A stretch of 64,000 bases of DNA, from the NCBI GenBank assembly GCA_030704615.1, contig CM060732.1:13578001-13642000 (forward strand). Reading direction: 5' to 3'. Of this stretch, positions 38,401 through 49,946 are shown piece after piece (positions within the stretch are counted from its first letter, which is position 1; each line of letters opens with the position of its first letter). A program made the position numbers and the translations under genes. This DNA comes from Takakia lepidozioides (lineage: Eukaryota > Plantae > Bryophyta). The notes beneath the pieces were generated by a model, which was not told the origin of the DNA, made no database searches, and saw nothing but the letters and a program-made list of their open reading frames with translations.

Positions 38401-40121
38401 CTACAATGCCCCTCTACGCGATCCCTGTCTCAAAAGAACCCTATTTCTATCATACACATCCCACTCACGCTGTAATTGGAGGTCCCAATCATTTCGGGAG
38501 AACTCGTATGATGCAAATAGTTCGCTGTCAGCCCTAATAGTCCTACTAGCACTGTCATCACAAACATGTGCATCTCCTCACAGTATACCGACGTATGACC
38601 ACAAAAGCTCTCATGCCCATCGCTTCGCTCGTCCCATACTACATTGGTTCTCCTAGGATGACCAAAAGAACTATTGACCAGCCCAGCAATATTGCCGAAG
38701 ATGTCGGGGTCACCATCACAAAATCTGATCTCAATGGGAGACAACCCCCGTCTACGTACATCCTGTCCGTTGACACACAAAATGTAGGGTAGGATGTATG
38801 GGGCTTCGAGGCGTAATGTACGGAACTCCGCGGAGGTGTATGGTGTTCCGTAGTAGGGAAACAAGTCCACCATGCTGTTTCTCCGAGGAGGAACCACAAT
38901 ATCATTGACCGTGAATAAACCCCGACCCATAGCAGGGTCTGTAGCGGCTCTCACAACATACCGTCTCCCCCAATACTCGAACTCCACATTTTCTCGGATG
39001 GGGGTGGGAGGGTCGAGATGATTCCCCCAACAACGAGGCTGGACGGTCCTCAGTAACATAGTCCTATACGCTTCCCATCGGGGGCGAGGATCCGGCTCAG
39101 GCCGCCCAAGCCGAAGGGGAGGAAACCTAGGTTGAAGCCGACCCCTCCTAGGGGTTTGGGGGGCACATGCACGTGGAGGTGGAGGTGGAGGTGGTACTGC
39201 TGACGGAGGAGATGAAAGTGGAGGTGGTTGAGGATGTAATGTCGGAGGTGCAGCCGGGGGTACAACGTCCGGATCAGGCACAACCGGAGGTGGATCAGAC
39301 AAAGAAACAGACGGAGGGGGGGAGGCCACAATCAGGGGGACCGCCTGAGGAAACTGGGGGGGGGGGGGGGGGGGGGGGTGGGCCTGCTCGTCGCCGGCCA
39401 TAACGCCTACGACACCTACGATACCCCTCGACCCTACGCATCTCATCTACGTGCTGCTGGGGGAACCAACTGGTAATATCGGGCACATGCCTTGGCACAA
39501 ATTCTGCAAGTAGACCGGCGCGAAATGCCTCCTGTGCAATGTGATTGTGAGCTTGGGCATCAAGTCGTGGCTGCAATGTGCGTAGTGAACGACGCATCAA
39601 TACTTATGTCGTAATTTTGATTCATGTATGCTTACCAATCCTACTATATTATTAGATAAACATAAATGTACCTTAAATGAATGTTAATGAGAGGGGTGGG
39701 AAAAACACTCACCTTTGCCGCATCCGCAATCTTGTTCTTCTTGTAATGTTTTTCGACAACATGCGGTCGCCGCCTCGGTGGTCTGGTGCTGCCCGGCGGT
39801 ATCCGTTCCCAACACTTAGTGCACCAACACTCAATCCATCGGGGGGTCAAAGGTGGACGTGGTTGGACGGGGTGGCCCGCGAGGGGGCAACCCGCGGCGG
39901 GGCAACCCGCGGCGCGCCCGACTCGATCCCGGAGTGTCAACATCCCCCGCATCACCTGAAATTTGGCCCCGGTCCCTTCTACGATTGTGCCCGACAGCCT
40001 GTATTGGATCAAGTGCAATGGGTGGCTCCTCGCCACGAAAAATGGTCGCTCTAGGGCCACAATCGATATGTGGTACTACCTCCCCATCCTCGAGGGAGAC
40101 GGGTCGATGTTTCCTCACCAT
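38401..40121 (-). CDS. SET-domain protein with Pro-rich linker and N-terminal CxCxxC..H exon (frameshifts at ~38550 and in a homopolymer run)
   Basis: MGRGLFTVNDI..LFPYYG..PYIL..DGDPDIFGNIAGLVNSS..N. After a 1-nt shift at ~38550 the frame reads ASRTIRADSELFASY and stops at 38401. The start and exon structure are inferred. Confidence 0.75.
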
Positions 40122-41142
40122 TCCATCCTAATTAATACACACCACCAACATTTTCATTTCTCAAAAACCGATGGCAAAAAAAACCCTATGCCTCAGCCTC
40201 GGGGCTTTCAAAATTGGTAACCAAAGGCGGAAAATCCCTATGGTGCTAGAGCCCAAGACAATAAATCCTTCCTCTCGTTCTATCTTCAGGATGCTCACAC
40301 TATGGAAAAATTTGTTGAGACCCAGCGCTTTGCGATTATCAGATTGAACCACATTTTGGGTATGTGAATCCTAATTACACCGTTTATCCTTTTAACCCCA
40401 AGACCCACAACTAAAACCGCCAATCCAAAACCCAGCACCATAAAGAAAAGCAAACACCCTAACCCAGTACCATATGAAAAAATAAAAAATAAAAATAAAA
40501 ACTAAGAAACCCAAAAGGCCCTAAACCCTAAATCCAGAAAGGTCGGTCGTCGCCTCCTGCGACACCCTGACATCGCATTGGACGACGAGTTTTTTTTTTT
40601 TTTTTTTTCTAAGAAACGACGGCCAGACGTCGCAATCTTCATTTTTACATTTCAAAAAAGGGCGGGCGCAGGCGTGCGACGGCTGGGCGTCGCACGTGGG
40701 CGCCGCGTTTTTTTTTCCCCTAAGTGCTTGAAGCATCTCTTTCCCCTCCCATTTTCGTTTGTTCTTTGGGAGATATGTAGTTCAGAGAGTGGGGTTTAGG
40801 GTGGAGGAGAAACACACTTGCTGCTGAGCCCGAGGTGGTCGCAAGGCCCCAAGGAGTTTGCCCCAACGCCGCTCCAATGCCCAAGGTAAGCACCACCTCC
40901 TCCCTCACTTTCTGTCTTTCTTTCTTGCCCTAAGCACGGGCTGATGTCTCTCTCTCTCCCCTGTGTGGTAGGAACGCCGCGCAGAGGCGCGATCTAACGA
41001 GCTGAAGAGAGAGAGAGCCGTGGTGAGCGGGGGAGAGACGCCCTGCAACGGCGGGGACCCGCGCCGCTGGCAGCCGCGACAGCACCGCATCAGCTCGTCG
41101 CGCCAGCTCGCTTCAAGCACCAGTAGCAGCAGAGGTACGTCA

Positions 41143-41570
41143 GGGAAATTGCACTCTCCCTTTCCTCTCTGCTTCTGTTTACTGTTCAAAGGTAGTTTTC
41201 ATGCCCTGACTTTAAATTTAGGTCTGGTGCCAAGAGTGGGATAGACCCTTGAGCGCATCCATGATGTCCTCCTCCATGTCACAGACTGGAAACAGGTTCA
41301 GGGAAGTTTTCTTCCTAACTTCATTTTCATCGGACAATTTTCTGGTAACAGACGTGGCTTTGGACACTACACTCTCCAAGTCAGGTTTATCCAGCAAGGT
41401 CAAGACTTGCGGGTCCAGATTCAGATCCTTGATAATCTCTTCTACTCTCTTCTCCCAGGGCTTATCATGTTTGACAGGGCGGTCCTGTTTCCAAGATATA
41501 GAGTCGATTAACTTAGGATATCTGATGTTGGACATATGTTGCAGCTGAACCCACCATCTGACCTTGAATT
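41143..41570 (-). pseudogene. Non-LTR retrotransposon RT C-terminal fragment, copy 1
   Basis: WVQLQHMSNIRYPKLI..KPWEKRVEEI..KKTSLNLF; closely similar to 44250-44675. Confidence 0.55.
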
Positions 41571-44149
41571 TATCTCGTCGGGAGCTTAAAAGAGAGCAGC
41601 ACAGAAGAGAGGGAAGATATTCATGTCATGTCAAGACATGGACAAGACCCACTAGGGTCATTGTCAATTAAAGACATAAACAACCCAAAACAGGGCACCA
41701 TCTAACATTTACATTCTTGTCATAGCTTCCCATGAATTGACATCACCCAATCAGTCATGATAAAACAGGGTGGGAGGGCGGGGTGTGTTCATGTAGGGGA
41801 TGCAAGCATCTTGAACACCCGAGATCCGGCCATCTTGGCCAATGAATCATGTGTTCATGTGTGGGATAAGATACGATATAGTTGCCCCTGTGCAGGTTGC
41901 AAGGCCTCTTGGTTCAGCCTGCACACATACCTTACTAGCAGGTCATGTATTGAAGGAGCATAAAAATGCTGAGGTCATGCAAAGGGCAAGGTACCATGGT
42001 CCAGCCTGCCCTATTACCATTTCAAGACACGTTTTCACACATACATCTTGGATATGACCCACAGGTTGCAGCATCTCACCTTTTCAGCCATTAATTATGG
42101 CAGGTCATGCATCAGCCAAGGCATAAGGACCAGCCTGCAATTTGTCAGAATCACAATATGCCACCAAGCAGTCCTACTTGGGCATGATGAAATAAATTCC
42201 ATATCATTTGTATTCACCCCGAGACATGTGATCATACAAGGTGTCAAGGGAATGTGAACTCAGCCTGTCAAATTGTAGGTTCAAGACTTGTACATACAAG
42301 CAGCTTGAACAGCCGAGATCTAGCCTCTTTTGCATATAAAAAACCAGATTGCAGGTCATAGGCCTGATGTCATGACCAAGCCAAAACTATAGGTAGGATC
42401 CCATTGTAGCTTACCATCCTCATCCTTCAAGAGTTCCATGCTAAAGCATACAAAGAACACCTCACTGTGATCCAGTACTCAACAGAAACAGGCCCGAAAA
42501 GGAGCAGGTCGGTGCCTTATCAGGCTGCCGCCATACTCTTCAAGGCCCACCATGTCCATAGAGACCCAAAACCGCCAAAAACATACCACCTAAAACCAGA
42601 TCCTCTTTGGCCAAAAAAACTTATAACCTAGCTCAATAATCCACAGGCCCTGCTGTCAAAGATCAAGAGGTAGGGTATGGTTTGTATGCAAGCCGCAGGA
42701 GACAGGCCAGTCAGGCCGAGCTGCGCATCAACGGCAGAACGACAAAGGCCAAAAACCAGGCTGTAGCATGCCAAACCAGGAGTAGTCGGGTTGAAATCGG
42801 GGCTGCAGGCAGCAGCCACCTCACAGCGCACAAACCCACAGGTGTTCTCAGCCCATATCCCAATCTGCATGCTCAAGAAGCTTCAAAGTAGGTGAGGATC
42901 CTCACCTGGTCCCATCACAAGCCCCCACAAAAACCAACAAGTTAGTGAGGATTGTGGAACCCAGGTGAATCACAGACCCTCACACTTGTCATCGATGTCA
43001 ACTAAGAAATTCAAAAGCAAGAGAAAGAGATAAGAACACGAGAATCCCTAAACTCCAAAGGCACCTTAAGCAATTGGGGAAGAGGGTTATGCGCCATCAC
43101 CACCCGCAGCAAGCCGCCTCCACAAAGCACATAAGCAATGAAGCAAAGCAGGCACAATCGCAAGGCACTAGAAAGGAGGGAGAGAACTTCCCATCATAAG
43201 CACCCTTGCTAAGCACAAAAAAAGCCAGAGGAGGGAAGATGCCACTGCATTCATAGCGGTGTTTCCCGCTGCAAGAGAGACAAGGCACCGCCTTCGCGCC
43301 CCCCCAGGGGCTCGTCCAACATGGGTACGACACCACAAACGGGGTAGCCACTGAAGCACGTCCGCCATAACACTCTCCTCGCGAGCTCAGAAGCACGTCG
43401 CGTGCTTCTGATAACGAGAGAGACGACATAGGGTTGTTCCCCAATTATTCATCCGTGGATGAAAAATAGTAGGACACATCCGTATACCCTGACGGATTTC
43501 ATCCGCAGCAAGGTTAAAAATAGGTTTTGGGGTAGGGGTTAGGGTTTCTAACGTAATTAATCATAATTAGGGGTAATAAAGATCAATTCCAGGCCATAAT
43601 CACATCATCCATAGACAGATCACTTGTGTCAGGATGAGAAAGTAGGGAATATCATCCGTGGCAGCGCCTTACCTCCATCTAGGTAATTCTATCATTCCTC
43701 ACCAGACCATCCGGTATGGATAAAAAGAGTCAATAAAAGAGGAATGAATATCACCCTGGTAGTTTTTCATCCGGTACGGATGGAAAAACAGGATGCTGTT
43801 GGCAACCTCCATAGAGGTAATTCTTTTCTTCCATGGTGACTCATCCGGTATGGATGAGAGTCAATAAAGGAGGAATGAGGGAGAAGGCCAAAACAACCAT
43901 CCTAGAGGTATTTTTCTTTGTTGCCCCCTCCTGGGGAAACAAAAGGGACAGATCCTACCTCTATCAGGGGTTGACGTTTGTAGTAAGACTTACCTTCATA
44001 TATAGAATTAATCCGGGGTTCCCAGATATCCGAGCTACAAATCCCTTCACACAAGCATCAATCTGTTGTGTGTGAGATGCCCAAAAACTAGGCCTCAGAA
44101 GGGGCTGGGCTTTTGGTTTCAAAGTTAGTAAACAGAGGTACATGCACAA

Positions 44150-44675
44150 TTCCCTTGATAGATTTGAAGAGAGCGTCTCTTTGGTGAGAGAACCCCGGAC
44201 AGTGTATCATCAGAAAATAAGTATTGTCTTCAGATTGCCCACACAACGGGCAATTGCACTCTCTCCTTTCCTCTCTGCTTCTGTTTGTTGTTCAAAGGTA
44301 GGCTTCCTGCCCTGAGTTTAAATTTCAGTCTAGTACCGAGAGTGGGTAGACCCTTGAGGTCATCCAAGATGTCCTCCCCCATGTCACTGACTGGAAACAA
44401 GTTCAGGGAAGTTTTTTGCCTAACTTTATTTTCATCAGACAATCTCATGGCAACAAATATGGTTGGACAGTATAGCCTCTAAGTCAGATTTATCCAGCAG
44501 GGTAAAGACTTGCGGTTCCAGGTCCAGGTCCTTGATAATCTCTTCTACTGTCTTCTGCCAGGACTTAGCCTGTTTGACAAGTCGGTGGGCGGTCCTGTTT
44601 CCAAGATATAGAGTCGATTAACTTAGGATATCTGGTGTTGGACATATGCTGCAGCTGACCCCACCATCTGACCTC
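44150..44675 (-). pseudogene. Non-LTR retrotransposon RT C-terminal fragment, copy 2, at the foldback centre
   Basis: GTRLKFKLRAGSLPL followed by a Cys/His-containing tail. Similarity to copy 1 ends at the same point (CACCATCTGACCT). Confidence 0.55.
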
Positions 44676-47394
44676 CCCCCCCCCCCAACCCATTTTTTTT
44701 CATTGTTGCCCCCTCTCTCCCTCTATCTCCCTCCTCGGAATTGGCCGGTTGCATCAGTGTTCTTTTCATGATTTTCCATCTATACCAGATGGACTCTAAA
44801 AGGTGTTTTCACCCGACTTGTAAAGGTTTTCTATCCATACCGGAAGAATCACCTGGGTGGACACTAAAATACCTCTAAAAATGACCTATAATTTTTCATT
44901 CCTCTTTTATTGACTTTCATCTATACCAGATGAGTCACCAGAGAATGAGGAATTACCTCCATAGGGGTTGTGACACTGACATCCTATCTATAATTTTTCT
45001 ATCCATGCCGGATGAGAAATACCAGGATTTGAATTCGTTTTATTCCTCCTTTATGTTTTTCCGTACTAGATGAGGCTTTCTCTTAAGGGATGACGAATGA
45101 CCTGTTAGGATGAGAAACCGCTGCCCTGGATGATGTATACTACTTTTTCATCCTGCTGATGGACCTCATCCAAATAAATGAACCCATTTAGTTTTTCATC
45201 TGGACCGGATGAAAAAAACAGCTTATGATGGCCATGGAGAATTTTTTTAATTACCCTTAATTATTGCTAATTAAGGAGTGAAACCCTAACTCATACCCTA
45301 TAATCTACTGTTTAAACCTAGCGAACGGATGACATCCGTCGGGTTTTTGAGATAAAGGGTATTGATTATTCATCCTCCGGATGAAAAATCAGGCTCTGCC
45401 CTAGGGTGTCTCTTCCGCTGTCAACTGCACTCTGCGTGCTGCTGAGCTCGCGAGTTATGGTGTCTGAGCTCTGCTGCTTCATGCCGGACGAGCTCTTGGG
45501 GATGCGCAATGGCGACGTCTTGTCTCTTCTCATAGGCGGGAGAACCCGCTGTGATGGCATCGTCCCTTTCCCTCCTTTGGCTTTTATGTTTCGCAGCGGC
45601 GCTTGGGTGGGGAAGTATATCGCTCTCTCTCCCTTCTTAAACCTAGCATTTGTATGCTTTACTTCTCCTTAGCTGTGCTGGAGGTGGCGTGTTGGTGGCG
45701 ATGGCGCAGTGTTACCTTCCCCAATCGCTCAAGGTGCTTTTGGTGTTTAGGGTCCTTTTACTTCATATCTTCCTCTCTTGTTTTTGGGGTTCTTAGTTGA
45801 CATCGATAACAAGTGTAGGGGTCTGTGATTCACCTGGGGTTCCACAATCCTCACTAACCCATTGGTTTTTGTGGGGGCTTGTGATGGGACCAGGTGAGGA
45901 TCCCTACCTACTTTGAATTTTCGTGAGCTTGCAGATAAGGATGTGTGCAAAAGGAACATATTGCTGCTGCCTGCAGCCCCCATTTCGGCCCGCTTGCTCC
46001 CGGTTTGACATGATGATGCTTGCTTTTGACTTATCTTTTGCTGCTACTGATGGAGCACTTCGGCCTGACAGCCTTGTCTCATGCAGCACTGCATGTGAAT
46101 CGTACCCTGTCTTGAATCTTTGACAGCTTTGCCTGTGGATTTTTAGACTAGATTTTCTTTTTTTTTTTGCCTGAAAAGAGGATTAATGGTGTAAGGGAAA
46201 GGTCATAAGTGGTTGTTTGGCTCTAAGGATGAGGAGACCTGAGTTTTGTTAAAGAAGATAGCCTGATAAGGCAATGATAGGCCGTTTTCAGACTGGATTG
46301 TGTGTGGAATGGAGCATAGTGAGGTTCTATGCAAAACACATGGCATTAGCCTCCTGTGAAACAATGACGGTAAGCTCTAAAGGACTCTGGCCAATGATTA
46401 TTTACTTTATTTTGCCATATGAACAGCCACCTGCATTGTATGATTTATCTTGGCCAAGTGGGCTTGGTCTTGGGCACTCAAAGTGTATGTGTGTCCAGAT
46501 CTGGAAGCTATGACAGGGTAGGCCTTTCTTCCATGCCAAAACGCCTTACATGATGTATATCTTGGGGCAACTGTACATGATGAAGAATGAAGTCGCAGTC
46601 AGTCTTGTCATGCCCAAAGTGATCACTTGGTTGCATGTTTGGAGTCTGATTGGGGGCTGCTATTTCATGAGCGGCATGAGCATGAGCGGAAAAAAAAAAA
46701 CCATGAGCAGGCCATTGTGTGTCCACGGAAATAGGGTTAGGAGGCACGGAAATAGGGTCATGTGGACTCGTCATAGCAATGAAATGCAACATTTTATTGC
46801 AAATTTTGTGGCAAGCCACGTCTATACAACTCTGTCCTAACTGACATAGCAGAAATGGGAACTACTCTCCTACACCTTCCGAGGAACTTGGCCCTCCTTC
46901 TTCCTCATCCCCCTCATCCCCCCCATCCTCCGAGCTCTGTGATGCATCGTTTGCACTATGCCTCTCAAAAATTCCGTCCTCTCCTTGGGGGACTGTCCAC
47001 CTCACCTCCTGGGAATCTTCTGCCTCTTCTCCCCCACTTTCCTCAGCAGAATCCAAGACAAATCTACGAGCCCGAAGGGCTCTAATATCTGCTGCCTCCT
47101 CCCTCATCTTCATTTTCTTGAGGCTTGCCTCGTCTAAAATCTGTTGTACACGACTAGGTTCGGAAGACCTCCTAATGGACACCAAAGCAAGCCGGGCAGC
47201 ATAAGTAGGAAGGATGTAGTCCCTTTCTGGACTAGGCATGAAATCCCCCCTGGCAAAAAAAGACACGTTCCTCCTGCCCATGAACTCCGGTGTAGACGTC
47301 CCTCCTGCAGTACTTGGCATCCTACAGTAAGAACAAATCCACTTCAAGAATGTCAATACCAGAGGCCTCATGTGGCGCATAAAAATTGGTCCTT

Positions 47395-47845
47395 GGAAAA
47401 ATGGCGCCGAATTTCCAGTCCAGGGCACCAAAAATGGCTAAGTCCCTAGAGTGGCTGGCACCGAAAACCGAAATTCGGCACCATTTTTCCAATTCAAGGC
47501 CCAGTCAGTTCTGGGACTTAGCCATTTTCAGGCCGGACCTGGGAAAATGGCGCCGAATTTCCAGTTCAGGGCTCCCAAAATGGCTAAGTCCCTAGGGTGG
47601 CTGGCACCGAAAACCGAAATTCGGCGCCATTTTTCCAATTCCAGGGCCAGTCAGTTCAGGGACTTAGCCATTTTCGGCCCGGACCTGGGAAAATGGCGCC
47701 GAATTTCCAGTTCAGGGCTCCCAAAATGGCTATCCCTAGCGTGGCTAGCACCGAAAACCGAAATTCGCGCCATTTTTCCATTTCTAGGCCCAGTCAGTTC
47801 CGCCCCAAACCTGGGAAAATGGTGCCGAATTTCCAGTTCAGGGAC
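47395..47845. repeat. ~145-bp tandem unit x3, each with inverted GGAAAATGGCGCCGAATTT motifs
   Basis: Units start at ~47397, 47542 and 47688, with a partial fourth unit at ~47814. Confidence 0.88.
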
Positions 47846-48679
47846 CTCATTCTGTGTTTTTCATGAATGCAGTACTGCAAGTTCTCCCTTTTGGAGAAAG
47901 GTCATCTGTCTTTCTGAGCCACCATTCTTTTGCATGGAGGAAACCCTGGGGCTGACTCATGTACACTTTATTGTAGGAGTGGCATCTGGACATTTGCGTG
48001 ATTGCCCTTGGTATGTGGACCTTCCGCCCGGCTCGCTCAACCCATCCGAGTTTCAATTGAAGCCCAGGAAGTCGGAGCGCCGATCTCCGTCATGCAGGTA
48101 TTCGGAGCGCGGATGATGGAAATCCGGCGCCGAATTTCCGTCATGCAAGTAATTCAAACGCGATGTTCGGAATTACATCTGAGGTAATTCTGAGCGTGGC
48201 CGCTTGGTGGTCTAAGACACTTAGTGTGGCAGTGTGGTGCTGAGTGGCCGTTGCGTTTTGCGTGTTTCCGACGTTTCATCAGCCGGTTCCTCGACAGCCG
48301 GTTGTAGAGAGCTAATGCTGTTTTCGACCTCAATTTTCAGCCGGAATCTCCAATCGCTGGTAGAGAGAATTCGTTGCTGCCGATTAATCCGCTTGCATTC
48401 GATATATTCCATCGCCTGGCCAGCTTAATCTCCGCCGGATCAGGAAATTCGCGCACTCTCCCCAGTATCCGCAATCCTCATCTGAAGAAATTCGCCGGTT
48501 TTTGTTCTAAAAAGACACCATTTCATACTGTCAGCGCGCTGTTTCTCGCGCCCGCTCCAAGGCCGATGTGCGTGGGCCGGAGCCCGCTGATGAGTAATCA
48601 TGGTGACACGTTTTTCAGGGAATTCTCGACTGGTAGAGAGAAATTCCTTGCTTCTTTTCCATCCCTGTTAGTTCCTACA

Positions 48680-49700
48680 TGGAAATTCGTTGCCGAAATT
48701 CCATCTGGCCGCGATTGCGATTACATGGCCGAATGGAAATTCGGCGCCGGTTTTCCATCCCCTCCGCCTGAGTCGACTTTACATCCGGCGCCCCCTGTTG
48801 GATATTTGGTGCCGAATTTCCGTCCGGGAATTGTAATGTGACGGCCAGGTGCCGGCCTCGCCTCCCGAGCCGACTGCATCCAACGGCCCCGGATGTAAAT
48901 TCGGCGCCGTTTTTCCATCCGGGAGGTTTTTATGTCGGCCAGTTTTCGGCCGACCCCCCGACACGACTTCTTTTGGGGGGCCCGGATGGAAATTCGGCGC
49001 CGAATTTCCATCCGGGGGATGTTCTCTGTCGGACAGGTGCCGGCCTCTCCGCCCGAGTCGACTTTATCCGGCGCCCCCTGTTGGATATTCGGTGCCGAAT
49101 TTCCGTCCAGGGTTGTAATGTGACGGCCAGGTGCCGGCCTCTCTTCCCGAGCCGACTGCATCCAAACGGCCCCGATGTAAATTCGGGAGTTTTTATGTCG
49201 GCCAGTTTTCGGCCTGACCCCCCGACACGACTTCCTTTGGGGGGGGGCCGGATGGAAATTCGGCGCCGAATTTCCATCCGGGGGATGTTCTGTGTCGGAC
49301 AGGTGCCGGCCTCTTCATCCGGGGCCCCTGTTGGATATTCGGTGCCGAATTCCCGTCGGGGGTTGTAATGTGACGGCCATGTGCCGGCCTCTCCCCCCGA
49401 GCCGACTGCATCCGAACGGCCCCGGATGTAAATTCGGCGCAGTTTTTCCATCCGGGGAGGTTTTTATGTCGGCCACTTTTTGGCCTGACCCCCCGACACG
49501 ACTTCGTTTGGGGGGGCCTGGATGGAAATTCGGCGCTGAATGGAAATCCGGGGGATGTTCTCTGTCGGACAGGTGCCGGCCTCTCCGCCCGAGTCGACTT
49601 CATCCGGGCGGCCCTTGTTGGATATTTGGTGCCGAATTTCCATCCGGGGTTTGTAATGTGACGGCCCGGTGCCGGCTTCTCCCCTTCAGCCGACATCATC
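48680..49700. repeat. ~265-bp GC-rich tandem unit x3-4 built on AAATTCGGCGCC
   Basis: ATGGAAATTCGGCGC recurs at ~48733, 48986, 49252 and 49522 with shared intervening sequence. Confidence 0.88.
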
Positions 49701-49946
49701 CGGGCGGCCCCCCACTTTCTGACTGCATACCGTTGGCAGTTATTGCGCAAAGACCAGGGCCGCATTCCGGAGACAAGGTTCATTAACACTCTGACTGTGG
49801 ATTTTTGAGATAGTTGGCTCCCTGGATTTGGATCAGGCTTCGTCGCTCGGACAAATCGGCACCGCATTCCTTCCCATCGGTGCATCCCCCTTCTACCAGG
49901 GAGCTTGCCCGCACGCCATCCTGGCAGTCTTGTGTGCACATCTCCC

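Larger units (their letters stand above)
32752..40720 (-). mobile_element. CACTA/En-Spm element with transposase and SET-domain cargo; one terminus truncated
   Basis: CACTACAG at 32752, followed by GCGACG-rich subterminal repeats. 33338-33405 is an inverted match of 40465-40541. No TAGTG terminus found on the right. Confidence 0.85.
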
